A DNA stretch of 64,000 bases from Marsupella aquatica (lineage: Eukaryota > Plantae > Marchantiophyta): contig OZ316896.1 of assembly GCA_973895155.1 (NCBI GenBank), positions 15,624,576 to 15,688,575 of the forward strand, written 5' to 3'. The position numbers and the translations under genes were made by a program. Numbering within the stretch: position 1 is the first letter of the stretch; every line of letters begins with the position of its first letter. The notes below the pieces were generated by a model. The model was not told where the DNA came from and did not search any database. It worked only from the letters and a program-made list of their open reading frames with translations. Positions 25,913 through 38,699 of this stretch are shown in pieces.

Positions 25913-26070
25913 AAAGAACCAGTTCTAGGCACATAAAGAACTAGTAAAGGATGCTATGGCCGAAGGTAAGGGATAGAAATGTCGAGGACTGAGAACCAGT
26001 TCTAGGCATATAAAGAACCAGTAAGGATGCTATGGCCGAAGGTAGCGGACATAAATGTCGAGGACTGAGA
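25913..26070. repeat. Two-copy ~77-bp tandem repeat
   Basis: AGAACCAGTTCTAGGCA.ATAAAGAAC.AGTAA.GGATGCTATGGCCGAAGGTA...ATGTCGAGGACTGAGA occurs twice. Confidence 0.85.
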
Positions 26071-26933
26071 CCCCACTAATACTTTTAGTAACTTTTATGA
26101 GTCACTCGTGTTCAGTATCTCTTGTTCTTGACCAAATGTTGACAAGCGACAGAGAAAAATGTCTAAAGACACAACTATAGCTTCAAATGCCTGTCGTGTG
26201 TGAAAAATTTCTGAAACACTTAAATGGGTCAAAGTGCTGCCAAACAGCTTACTGCCAAAATCTTTTCTAATTAATCGTGGTGTCTCCAATTACTGTAGTT
26301 GGTGATGCAGCAAGTCTCCGGCTGGCATTCTCTCGTAACCTGGGAACTGTCCTTCCTCTAACCTGGGAACTGTCCTTCCCACATGGGCTCGGGAACTGCG
26401 ATTCCTCACACAATGAACATTTACGTGAGACTTTCTTCACCTTCACACCCAATCCAGTATGTGAACACAAAATCAATGCTACTGAGCAAGTCACATCCTA
26501 TGGGGCATGACGCGTTTGTGAAAATCTCACTTTCTCCCTCGTAATTTTTGCCGGGCAAATGCAACAGAGCTATGAAGGTACTCATCAAACTGTGTCGTCG
26601 TGCAGTGGTACTCACTGAAGTTCCAACATCAACGGGCTTCAAATTGAGAGAGTTATTCTCATCCTCCACCTCAGCTTGTTAGAAGAGGATGACATCCTCG
26701 TGTACACTCCCTCTGTTCACTTTCGCTCTTCTCTTGAAGCTGTATACTCTAATACTTGATTGAACCTGGTGGATTTTTGTCAATTCTACAACAGACTGCA
26801 GAATGGTTTTGGTAATAAGCCTCAGCACACAACTGCTCGCATTTGTGACCAGGCAAGTCCTAGTTTTTTTCAACTGTCAATAGGGCATGAATGAAACACC
26901 ACTTTTGGGTGGGGTGAATGTTTAAAAATCTTT

Positions 26934-27005
26934 TGGAGCTGACAGGATTTGAATCCGCAACCTCCCCAGCCGTAATGAGCTGCGCTACTATCGAGCATGC
27001 AGCTA
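26934..27005 (-). other. Degenerate tRNA-like sequence (tRNA pseudogene or SINE head)
   Basis: The minus strand reads AGCTG...GCGGATTCAAATCCTGTCAGCTCCA, giving a T-arm/B-box-like segment, acceptor-like AGCTG/CAGCT pairing and a terminal CCA. The D and anticodon arms are poor. Confidence 0.35.
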
Positions 27006-27135
27006 GCTGATGGTGACTCTCACTAGCTACTTATCCTAAAATTTGGACCTGGCATAGTTGGGCAGCATTCACGGGCTAATTAATGCGATTAGCATGAATG
27101 AGCCTTGAGGTGAGCTTTTGTCCTTAATAGCATGT

Positions 27136-27250
27136 ATGGAACAACAATCTTCTTCTTTAGGCTAGGGTTTCTCCTGACCAAGACTGAGCTCTCCGAGTTC
27201 AACAACTGCTCTGATATAGCTTATTGCCCATCTTCCTGTTTTGAACACCA
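27136..27250 (+). pseudogene. Diverged copy of part of PIG-O exon 1 (~16827-16940)
   Basis: ATCTTCTTCTTTA...GGGTTTCTCCTGACCA.GAC.GAGCTCTCCGAGTTCA...TGCTCTGATATAGCT...GCCCATC.TCCTGTTTTGAAC aligns without gaps, roughly 85% identical. Confidence 0.85.
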
Positions 27251-27721
27251 TACACCAATCCAGTTCTCCCCTTGAACTTTGGGTTTGAACCTCACTCAAG
27301 AAGTGGACTAGACATTGAGTTTATTACTAACTGACTCTTGACATAAGCTTTATTATGGCTCTCTAGCACTTTACAAGATATATGTCTCCCTCAAGTTTTC
27401 CCAACCATCATATTTTCAAATGTGATCTGCAAAAGTGGAGGGTGAGCTTAGTTTATATTTTGGGGTATCACATGCGATCCTAGCTCAATATTATACAACT
27501 ATAAAGAAAATATTCTAAAAATATTCTCTATTTTCAATATTATTTATTAATTTTACTTTTAAAAAATATTAGAGAATATTCTATAGATATGAGTTTATAA
27601 TATATATTCTTTTATCTTCTATGTTTTTTTAAAACATAGCTAATTTTTACCAAAAATATATATTTTGGATTGCATGTGGTTCCTACGATCCGGGCCTACG
27701 ATTTCTTATGGTCGACCCTTC

Positions 27722-27842
27722 AAGCTGCAAAATTAGGTTGCCTTTGACTATATCTGGTGCTCCAAAAGCGTGGCCAATGTCAATGAAGGTAGGTAGACAA
27801 CCAGTTGTCAGACCCTCCACTCCCCAATAGCAAAATGAAGTA
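27722..27842 (-). pseudogene. Inverted diverged copy of PIG-O exon 4 plus preceding intron end (~18338-18457)
   Basis: Translates as [30 protein letters not shown] versus [30 protein letters not shown], and includes the intronic ATTTTGC.ATTGGGGAGT. Confidence 0.88.
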
Positions 27843-28719
27843 CTTTGGTCACTTGGCCAGGTGATTAGCCTAGGATCTAGATGTTGCCGGTTCAATACCC
27901 CCCCCCCCTTTTCACATGCAGCTTGTGGAGCATATGTGTGTGTATGGATTGGGTGTAGTGGTGGGAGTCACTCTCTCTCCTCAGCCCTTGTGGGGCCCCT
28001 GGCTGGTCTGCTTTGGGGTTGTAGTTCAACCTCTCTCTCCCCCTAGTGTGGGTTGGCTTGTTGGATCCCTGCCTACAAAGCTGCATGCTCCAAAGTTGAT
28101 AGTGTATCCTCGATTGGATGTGTCAGCTTTTGGTTTCAATGCAAAAACAAGATCCAGCAAGTTTCTATTAGCTCAGTGTTTGGATGCATGCGTTCCTATC
28201 CAACAGACTATCCAGAGTGCTCTAGTTTGAAGGGACTCAATCTTGACAATAAATGGCTAAAAGTATTTACACTGATTTTAGATGCTACTCAACACCTGGG
28301 GTGGGGGGGGGGGGGGGGGGGTCTTATTTCTACAAAAATGGCATATCACATTTGATGAAGCATATGGTTATTTAATTTTTTCTAAAGATTACTTTTTGTA
28401 AAATAATATTATAATCCTTGAGATTCAATTTTGATACTTTTAAGTAGAACAGATTATTTTTAACCTATATCTGGAATATTTTAGGAAAATTCCAATCCAA
28501 TTTATAAAGAAACCTTTTTCTTAATTTCTGGTGTTTTGGAGCCTTAAAAAAGTTGCACAGGATGAGGGGCTGGCATGTAGTAAGACTTACCCCCAACTAA
28601 GCTCAGGACCTCCTTCAATCTCAAAAGTGAAGCATCCATCTAAAAGCAATCGGTCACTTTTTCTTTGTAAAGTGGTTATGACGAGTGTCGCGCAGGTATA
28701 CTATCACGGCAAGGTATAG

Positions 28720-31377
28720 CATCCAGGTAAAGATAAGGTATTGCAAAGCCTTATCCGACAGGTGTTGAATTTTGCTATACCTTTTGTAATACCTTAACTG
28801 GTAGGTATCGGCCCTTCCTATACCTTGTGTAATACCTTACATAGCAGGTGTAGATTTTGCTATTTTATTGATACCTGTTCCTCCCAATCATGCATAGAGG
28901 GAGGTATAGGCCAGGTATTGATTTATGAAAAAAAATACTTACAATAGGTATAAGGGTTTGGGGACAGAGTAGGGGAGGCGCCTCTCTCTATCACAATAAG
29001 ACAAATACTCATATTGTATAGTTGTAAGGGTTTGAGAAGGGGTAGGGGAGGTGCCTCCCTCCCTGGGCCAGTTTGGAAATGTACAAAAGAGCACATCCAT
29101 GCCAGCTCTCAATGTTCACAGCGCAACATAGCGTTACTAGCTCAATACTTGTGCGTTGCACAAAAGAAGTCGTGTCGGTTAAGATGTTGTTGAAAAAAAA
29201 AAGATGTCGTGTTGGCCAAGAGGTCGTTGAAAAAAAAGTTGTCATGTCGGCCAAGATGTCGTTGAAAAAAAGATATCGTCTCAGCAAAGACATCATCGAG
29301 GGAAAAGATGCCGTGTCGGCCAAGACATTGTTGAGGGAAAATACCCGTGCATTGCACAAAAAATGTCGTTAAGAAAAAAGATGTTGTGTCGCCCAAAATG
29401 TCATTAAAATAAAGATATCATAGCGCCCAAGATATTGTTAAGAAAACAGATGTTGTGGCGTCCAAGATGTAGTGTCTCCCAAGATGTTGCTAAGAGGAAA
29501 GTGTTGTGGCGCCCAAAATGCCCAAAATGCTCTTAACAGAATTATATGTTGTGTTTCCCAAGAATGATGTTCTTATGTGAAAGATGTCATGAAATAAAAC
29601 TATGTTGTTAAGAAAAAGAAGTCATTTTGCCAAAGATGGCATGTTGCCCAAAAGGTCATCAAGTAAAAAATTGTGTCAAGTAAGTAGATGTCATGCCGGC
29701 AATGATGTCGTTATGCCAAAAATGTCGTTAAGTATTAAGATGTTGTTAAGTACAAAATGGTCAATAGATAAAGTATGTCATTACTCAAAGATGTTGTGAA
29801 GTAAAAGATGTTGTTAAGTACATCTCGGGCCTGATACCTGTGCATTGCACAAATGATGCATGTTGAGGTGAGAAAATATATCAAGGTGAGAAAAGATGTC
29901 GATAAGAGAAAAACATTTCGAGCTCAGAAAAATATGTCAAGGAGAGAAAAGATGGTAAGGTGAGAAAAAGATGTCACATTAGAGAAGAACATTCTGAGGT
30001 GAGAAAAATATGTCAAGGAGAGAAAAGATGGCGAGATGAGAAAAAGATGACAGGATGAAAAAAATGTTGAGGGTGAAGAAAGATGTTGTGGTGAGATAAA
30101 GATGGCCAGGTGAGAAAAATATGGCAAAATTAGACAAATATAATATATATGTCAATGTGAGAAAAGATCTCAAGGTGAGGAGAATATGTCAAGATGAGCA
30201 AAGATCTTGAGGTGAGAAGATATTAATATGAAGAAAAGATGTCAAGATGAGAAAACATTTTATCTATATTTTATTTATATTTGAAATTATTTCAAAAAAA
30301 TTAGAATTATTTGTATATGAATAAATTTAATTTAATTTTGATTAAATTTTTTCATTGTGGCAGGTATGGGAAAGTTAAAGGGTAGCTTGGGCAGGAACTT
30401 ATTTTTAGAAGGGGTGTATGGATAGATGTTACAATGTGGAGAAAATTATGTTTTGATGAACATTGAAGATTGATTGTCACTTTTTTAGTTTGTAAAGGGA
30501 CAGGATCAGGATTATAGTGGTAAAGGGAGGTCTCCTTGATACTCTTGCATTGCTAGAGACCCTCCTTATTTTCTTTGTACTATTCAATTCATTTTTTGCT
30601 TGGAAACATTGCTCTCCATTTTCATTCACAAAGGAAATCATTCTTTCATGTTTTTCATTTTTGGGATATTGCAAATTTGAATGACTACTATAAAAAAAGT
30701 AAAATTGTACTATAGCTTTTGACATTGTCCTTGTCATCTAACCTATTGTGTTTAATTACTATCATTATTATATTTTGCAATATTGTAATACTTGCAATAA
30801 TACATAATATCATATATATTATGTATTTTTATATTTCATGTGTATGGGTTAGGAACCTCCTTGATACTCATGCATGTACATTCCCTCTCTTGTTTGTGTG
30901 CTCGAGCATTGGCTCTCTCCTTTTGTGTCTCCCATTTGATTTCCTTCTTGTTTGGAATGCATTCATTACTTTTTTGGCGCACACTAAATTTAATATAACC
31001 TTTATTCCTTCTCTTTGACATGATTAATATTTTTTGGACACTGCAAATTTGAATGACTACCACTTCATAAAAGAGCGCAACCTTGTATTATAGTTTAGGA
31101 TATGCAATTTAAAGGTGACTTTGATATTTTTAATAACATATTTGAGTTTGTGTTCAAAGTTTGCTATTATGAGTCTCAATTTTCTATACCTTTACCTATA
31201 CCCTTACTATCCAGGTATAGCTCGCACTAAACTCTATACATAAATCGGATCTATGATCTGAGAATTTGTTTTTTAATATACCTCTATATTTTGAATTTTT
31301 TTGGGGGGGGACCTTATATACCAGTCCAATGCCTTACCTTGCCAGCTACGGATGTCCATTATACCTTTACCTGGATG
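28720..31377. mobile_element. Putative ~2.66-kb non-autonomous TIR element with internal minisatellites
   Basis: The left end CATCCAGGTAAAG matches the right end CTTTACCTGGATG as a 13-bp inverted repeat. Subterminal AGGTAT/ATACCT motifs cluster at both ends. There is no coding capacity and the TSD is not resolved. Confidence 0.55.
29165..30255. repeat. Two adjacent degenerate minisatellites (AAGATGTCGT/GCCAAGATG type at ~29165-29820; ~19-bp GGTGAGAAAA.ATATGTCAA type at ~29860-30255)
   Basis: Many imperfect short units are directly visible. Confidence 0.85.
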
Positions 31378-33474
31378 GTGTAAGGAAAACCCTATAACCG
31401 CCCAACACAGGTTATGAGTTTACCCAGTCCATAGGGATGGGCAAGACAAACCCCTGGGTCCATCTGAGCTTTATGTTCTCTTGAGATGCCTCTCCTATTT
31501 AAATTGGTTTAGTATAGCTCTCCTATTTTGTAAAGAATTGTTGGTTCTCCTCTAGCTAGATCTTCAAGTAGCTACAGTAGTGGGGTGTGTTGCTGGGGGG
31601 GGGGGGGGGGGGACTAGCACCAGGATACCCAACCCTGGTGCCTATCCCACCTACATATAAACCAGTGATCAGCTCTGACACAGGCCAGATCTTCACCTTT
31701 GATTAATTTATTTATGCTGTAGTGTAGGTTGTGACAAGAAATGAAAAGGACAACCACCAATGGTAACACACTTTTTTCTTTTTGTTTTGGGAATGGGGAC
31801 CGAAAAGACCCATGCATGCCAACACACTTTATGGGCACATTATTACGTAATCTATGGCTAAACTTTGTCCAGGAAGTCAGAACACTTTACAAGCAGAGAT
31901 CTCCCTCTTCGATTGAATCCTCTATTATATGTTGCACTAACATCTTGTCTTCAGGTCGATTTTTCATATTCTTAGCAAAATGCATGTCAAGCAGGCATTA
32001 TTTTTCGCACCCTTGTTACATGAGAAAATAATTGCACTTCATAAAGTCATTGTCAGCGTGCATCCAGGTAGCCACTAATATATTTCTTCGAATTTCTTCA
32101 AAGTCTCATTCATTATTAAAGGTAGCCTAACTGCCTAAGAGATACCACCCCTGGCTACTGATTTCTTTTAAACTTTAGAGCTATTTGTTTCCTTTGAATG
32201 GCATCATTCAATGTTTCTGTGGGTCAGCTGGGTGACTTGTGAAAGGTTATCTACCGCTATACTGTACATTCTTTAGAATATTTAAATGATAGGATAGTTT
32301 CCAACAAGGGCACATTCCCATCATATCCCATCAATACATAATTAAGTCGGTCAGTCTGTAGGAACTTTCTGGTCCCCTTACGTTATGGATCCTCCCCCTA
32401 CTGTAGTCACTTTTCCCCCAAAAAAAGGTCTCTTTTGAGAGATTGGTACTAAAGTCATATCCATACAAAGCAGTCATGTTCTTTCACAAAAAAATTATAA
32501 AACTTCCATTAAACCCAATTGATCGAACCCAGCACTTATTTGTGGGTGATGGGCCAAAATAAAATTAGGCAGAGGACCCAGGACTCTAGAGTTTCTCCCT
32601 CAATTATGTCATTCTTTCTGTTGCTCAACTTGCTTCAAGTATATATACTACATAATGTCTCTTCCATTCAAAGTTTCAAGATAGTAATTTTCATCCTAAC
32701 TTTCCCAACAACACTGAAAGAGCTTCTAGAATTGCAGAGGTTCAGTTAGGTATGTAATGCTATGACCATGTCTGAGTGGTTAAAGCTGTTTAGTAGAGAC
32801 TGAAGGGTTATACCATTGCAATAGCACTTTATTGTGCTCATACTTACATATCAGTTTTGGGAGTGGAGACTTAGAGGGAGACAAGAGGATTGTCATAGAG
32901 CAGTTTTTGAGCTTGGCAGGTTGTGGCGGGCAGAGGTATTGGATTGTGCATATTAATGATTGATATCTTCTCTCAATCATGGACATAGCCAAGACGGGGT
33001 GAATCCCATATCTCTGTGTCGGTGTTGACTGTATGTTGTACACTGGTTCCATATGACATTGTGTTGTGCAAAATTTCCCCGAAAAACAGGGGACCTCCAT
33101 ACATAGTGAGATCCCCAAGATGGCAGCAAGTTTTAGGGTGAGGCAACAAGTGTGGAAGGCAACCATGGGCATGAGCAAATCTTAAGCTAGCAGTCAGGCT
33201 AGTAACGGTCAGTATATAAGCAGGTTTGTAACTCCACTTCTAGCGGGCGACCAATCAACCAACATGCTCAATATATTTGTTAAGTTCAAACTGACAATTT
33301 CAACATAAAGTAAGTGAGTTTTGATGTTTTGAAGTGAAATTGCCCTTCCGTAAATTAGTCGTGCAAGTGGCTGTAAAGTGTGGTGATAGAGGAATGTTCA
33401 CCAAGTCACTTGCAGATTAAATAAATTTTTAATCTTCCTTGGAAAAATAAATTTTTAATCTTGTTTCCTCTTTT

Positions 33475-33615
33475 CAGGTTTTGGGTGTTTTCCTTTGCCC
33501 ACTTATTGAGTTTGGTGTTTGTCCACTTTGAAGCTCTTTTGCTTGTACTATAATTATTGTACTTTTTTTGGCCCTGTTTTGTAAATAACTTGAAGTACAT
33601 TCATGTCACTTCTTT
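33475..33615. repeat. Dispersed T-rich repeat, copy 2 (see 13990-14125)
   Basis: Direct sequence similarity; the reverse-strand ORFs 13924..14115 and 33406..33600 also begin with similar translations (MYF.L.TK.G.KKYN). Confidence 0.7.
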
Positions 33616-35271
33616 GATGAGATCCCAAGAATGATTAAAATTTAAGAAAACTGGAAAACTGCATGCAAAATAACAAGAGTGTGGCAAAAAGAAACCTTGT
33701 GTTCAACAACTTACTACGACTCTCGTCCCCGCTCTTGTCACTAGATTTGGCTGATTGACACATTCAATCGGCAATTGGCTAACTAAGAGACGGTGGACAA
33801 CTCTGCACAATGGTCATAAGAGAGAGATATGGCATCAACATTTTTGGATCGACAAATGAGATCAAACCTCAAGGGGCCGGGTCATTTCCATGGAAGTGGC
33901 ACATCACGTGCGACAAAATATAGGATCATTTTTAATTATTTTGAAAAAGACTTAGTTATTAAATTGTCAATGGAAATATATGGTTGTTTAATTGCAAAAT
34001 GCAACTGTGTCATCACATGATTGGTGTTGTATATTTTATATAAAGTGACTGGGGTCATAAATGACTCAAACCTCTGCACGTGATCTATGGCCCTCCATAC
34101 ATGTATTTGACACCCCCCCCCCTAAGATTCAAACGTTGATAAGTAACATTGACATATGCACTTGAGTTTATCATGCAAAATAATGTTCTTTGGAGTTTTC
34201 CTAGTGTTATCTTTGTGCTACTGGAGTGCACTAGCCTGGCATTAACATCCTAGGATGCATCAAAGAGTGCTTTAGACATAGTTTGTCGCAAGGTGATAAA
34301 GAGATAAATGACTATTTATTCCTTAACAACTCGATTTCGTTCCGGTTAGGAGTGGATAAGATCGAAAAGACCTAATTAACACGATTTGAGAAGTTTACAC
34401 CAACATTCTTAGGTTGGAGAGATTTCTAATGATCTTCTTAACATAAGTGTTTAACCACAAACTCAAGTGGGTAATCCTTAGGATTCACAGTGCAATAATA
34501 AAGACTAGAATTAACAAAGATTGAAACTAGAGAGAGAGTAGATAGGAGGTTTCAAAGCGCAAGGAAATTGAATTCCGACCATCACCACTCCTTCAATAAG
34601 GATTATGGCCTAATTTAAGATTCAGAAATCAACATTTTCTATGCTTTTTGATTTCTCGTAGCAACTCTTCTCCATCTCTTGAATTTAGAAGACAACAATG
34701 TAAATCAACCCGGGACACTTTTCTGGTCTTGCTTAAGACAGTACTAGGATACTCGAATTGGTTTACTTCTCCTACAATCCTTAAGATTGCTTGTTTGAGT
34801 TTTGTGCAAATGTCAATTTCCTCTTTGGTGAATCTTCCAAATGTATTGATCACAAATCTCATTGATCTTTCAATATCATTAAGGCACACTCTAGCATTCA
34901 TTGAACACTTCACAACAACTCAAGGGTTGCTAAACTTCTTCCTTTTACTCAACCATGGTAAAAAGAAGGGAAGAAAGACATAGATTCCTTCAAAGGCAAT
35001 GAGGAAATCAAATGTATATTTTCTCTCTCTCGGTTGACTTTGGGTTCTCCTCCTTTTGTACTAAAAGTGGAGATTATGAAAAGACATGCCTCTTCAAAAC
35101 CAAAGTCTAAAGAAATATGTAAATAAAAGTGAACTATCCTAGTCAAAAATGGAGTAGAGTCTCCAATGGATACATCAACAAAATACTGGAGTCTACTTAC
35201 TCATATACTAATCTATATAGATATTTCTAAGTCTAAACTAATGTGGCTCTAACTCTCTAAATATAACTCTA

Positions 35272-37011
35272 TTATGGTCCTAGCTTTTGGGAAGGAACCT
35301 CCTCAGGGTTAGCCATGGCAAGGGGTTCTGGTCGAAGGAAAACTCCTTGCTGGCCAGTGGTAAAAGGGATGGACGGGTCAATATCCATGTTCTCCTGATG
35401 GGCACTTGGGTCATGAGAATAGGTGTAAGAATGGGAGTGGAAGTGGGTATTGGGAGTGGGGAAACCAGGAGGGTTGAGGGGTGATGAGGGACCAGTGGAA
35501 TAGACTCCTTCATGAGGACTAGGAGAGAAAGATCTGGTAGTAAAGGGAGGAATCTCAGTATCAGCTAATAGCTCCTCAGTAGTCAAGTCACTCATCACCC
35601 TTAAGGCTTCACAGGTCTTTGAGAGGCCTGTAAATGCATCATCCACCTTGGTACTAACATCTACCACTAAATGGTTAATCTTGGAGAAACGGATGGGTGT
35701 GGTGTTCTTGGCCAAATACTCATCATAAATTTGGGCCTTAAGAAGATCCAGAGAAGCTATCTTAGTCAAAGTCTCAATCAGATCCAAAGATTGAGTGATA
35801 CTGAGTTGGAGAGTATGCTCAAGCTCATTCTTCTTCTTACTCCTTTCCAACTGTTGTTTGAGTTCATATACCTTCTTCTTGAGGAACTCATTCTCCTTCT
35901 CCAACTTCTTCTTATCTGTGGCATCACTCATGGTGGAGATCTTCTCAAGAATCTGCCCTGGTTTCACTCCTAACTTCTTAGAAATGTCAGTGATGGCCTT
36001 CTCCATCACAGTGGTCTTCCTCTTCACCTTCTGGAATGTGTCTGAGATGATCTGGAAATCAGCTAGGGTGTCTTGGGAGGCATGGCCGGGTGCATCCGGA
36101 AATTCAGCCGGGTCGACGAAGGCCGGGTCGGAAAAGTCTGGGTCGAGGTTCCGGGCAGCAGACCGGGTCTTTCGAGGATTTGTCTCTGCTGGCTCCTCAT
36201 CCTCACTGTCATCAGAGGTGACCTGGGTGATATCTGGATCTGTCTCTCCATACTTGATGAAGTTGTACTTGGCCAATAGTAATTTCTTCTCCTCTCTGAA
36301 CAAAACTCCTTCAAAGCTATATAGATGTACCAGGTAGCAGGAGAGGGGAGTAGGACTCTTGTTGAATAGGTTCTGTACCAACTTCCTTATCAGATCAAAG
36401 ATAAGCTTAGCCCAGTTGACTTTTCTTTCTCCCTTGTAAGCAGCAACAATGGTAGAGCCAACTCCAACAGTAACTCTTCTTGGCTTCTCAGGATACAGCA
36501 GGGGTAGCAGGAAGCTAAAGACTCATTTCAGATCAGGATCCAAACACTTAGAAACATTGAACCCGTCCTTACTGTTGATGGCTCCTTTGAAGTAAGGGAG
36601 GATTAGATTGACAGCTCTCCCCACTGGACCTTCTCCTTCATCTTCCAATACAAAAGCTCCTGCAATCATCATCTGAGTCCATCGCTCAGGTCGGCCTCTG
36701 GAGGTATCCTTAAACTCAACTGGACACTCCTTGGATCGGATCTCTCTGATCATATCTTCGCTCTGATAACTCCAGGGTAGCTCCATCAGAGACTCACAGC
36801 CCATCCTGAGCAAAGACTCCCTCAGTTTGACCTTCTCAGCTTCACTGTCCGGAATAGCTGGCCTCAGAATTTTCATGGCAATAGGGACCTCCTTTCTCTT
36901 CGATCGTTTCATAGGGGCTTTAACCGGAGTAGGTGCAAGTGATGTTGAGGTTGAATGCCCCTTAGAGACGCGAGAAGTGGACATTCCGGCTGGATCCGCC
37001 CCTTGCTCCAT
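35272..37011 (-). mobile_element. Intronless ~580-codon transposon-associated ORF with a single premature TGA
   Basis: ORFs 36523..37101 and 35272..36381 are in the same frame, separated by TGA 36525-36523 and a clean segment (VFSFLLPLLYPEKPRRVTVGVGSTIVAAYKGERKVNWAKLIFDLI). An acidic tract and a coiled coil follow. It is intronless, lies among repeats, and resembles bryophyte retroelement-associated hypothetical proteins (from recollection, unverified). Confidence 0.6.
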
Positions 37012-38699
37012 AGGATTTCTGGAAGCAGAAAATTGATTTCTGGTAACTGTTCTGCCTCCTCTACGGCAAGCTCTACAATGTTGCGACTTCAGAATGTTCA
37101 ATCTCTTCGATGCCGACCACTGGTAGAAATGTCCGGGTCGACCTGGCCGCAGCGTTTCTGATCAACTGAAAATCGTTTCCAAAGAGTTTCATCAAGATTT
37201 CGTCAACCACAATGCAGGGTCATCTAACATGGGGAAAATCTGGACTCAATCGGGCCTGCAATGGTGATGTCCGGGTCGACCTGGCCGCCCTTCTCACAAC
37301 CGATGTATCCACGATCAGGATCTCAAACTTCCTGCCTTCACTTCCAGCGGTGGAGTAGGCATTCCTCTCACAACGAATCAGTCAGTACCCTCATATCCAG
37401 GCTCTCATCATGCAATGCAAGATTGGTCCTATAATCCGGACCCAAGATCCTCTACCAAAAGGTTAGAGCCTCCTCTCTCTACTGCTTTAACAGCCTAATG
37501 CGCTCGGGAACTCAAAACCTACTAAGTTTGGCTTTGAGAGGTGTGAGAGGCCGGATCGACTCTCCTTCCTTATATCCGGATTCTGTTGTGGTCGTGCCTG
37601 TGTTTGACTTATGGTTTTAAAAACTTTGGCAATGGACAGCTGTTGTTGAGTAGAGTCTCAGTATAAGCTTTTTATCTCATTCCAGGCTTATAACAAAAAG
37701 TTCCGGGTCGATCCTCCTTCTCTAATATCAATCCGGGTTGACCTCAGATCAGCTTGAAAGTCTCATAATATTTCAAAGTAGTCTTCAGGTCCCTCTTCAG
37801 CCTTATTTGAGATCTTAAACGTAAAAATTCTAAAATTTATGGTTAGTTAATCCTTCTTTTATAAACATCCTTATCTCACATAGTTCCTTGTCTCAAGCCC
37901 TTTTGGACTGAGAGTTTTAACATTGTTACCTAGCTTGGGGACCTACTTACTAAATAACTTTGAAAACATTGATGTTGCTCAAGACTTTCCAATGACCCTC
38001 ATCAAATAATTGTTAAATCTCAAATTAACCTAATAGCTGGGCTAGCAGCATATACATATTTTAGAGTGATTGCAAACATCAAAATAATTTTTCCATGCAA
38101 AATTAAGAATGTTATATGATGAAGCATTTGGTCTAAACAATGACTTTACAATATATGCATATATTACTTTTAAAATCCAATGGGAAATAATAACAAAATA
38201 AAAATAACAAAAACAGGCTAGGAATTATGTATTACCTTGGTAACAAGTATTAAAGCATCAATTTAAGTAGTCATTCCCACACTAATGCTTGTGTTTTGAC
38301 TCAGTCTATTGATCTCTCTATTAGTAAAGTGGAGAGTCAATTTCTCAAGCCCGCCTTGCAATATAATTGAAAAGGAACAAAACTGAAAAACTGGGAGACA
38401 TGATCCAAAGGTCAAATCCCCAATAGAGGGGGAAAACAAAGAAAAGATTAGTTTGCGGAACCCCTACCTATTTTGCTTAATTAGCAAGATTTAAGTAAGA
38501 GGAAACAAGGGCTCATATATGAATATTATAGTGATTCTCTGAACCCTGCTCTGAACACATGCCACTTTGAGCTGGTGAATCCATTTAATTTGAGCTCATA
38601 ATTATAGATTCGTATATAAAGCTCATATAGATTCATTACACTCATGAATAGAGGACTGTTGTGGAAGGTTGTGAGTTGTCCTAAGTAATGCCAACCATG

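Noticed and set aside
28297-28322. Long poly-G run (also 31595-31613)
   Set aside because: Homopolymers inside repeat debris; their length is unreliable and they carry no further signal.
32780-33178. 132-aa minus-strand ORF
   Set aside because: No recognisable motif or splice structure; probably TE debris.
35795-36337. 180-aa plus-strand ORF
   Set aside because: It is the antisense shadow of the K/E-rich minus-strand ORF.
37540-37922. Candidate LTR (TG...AACA)
   Set aside because: No partner LTR, clear PPT/PBS or TSD was found in the window, so it is not listed as a feature.
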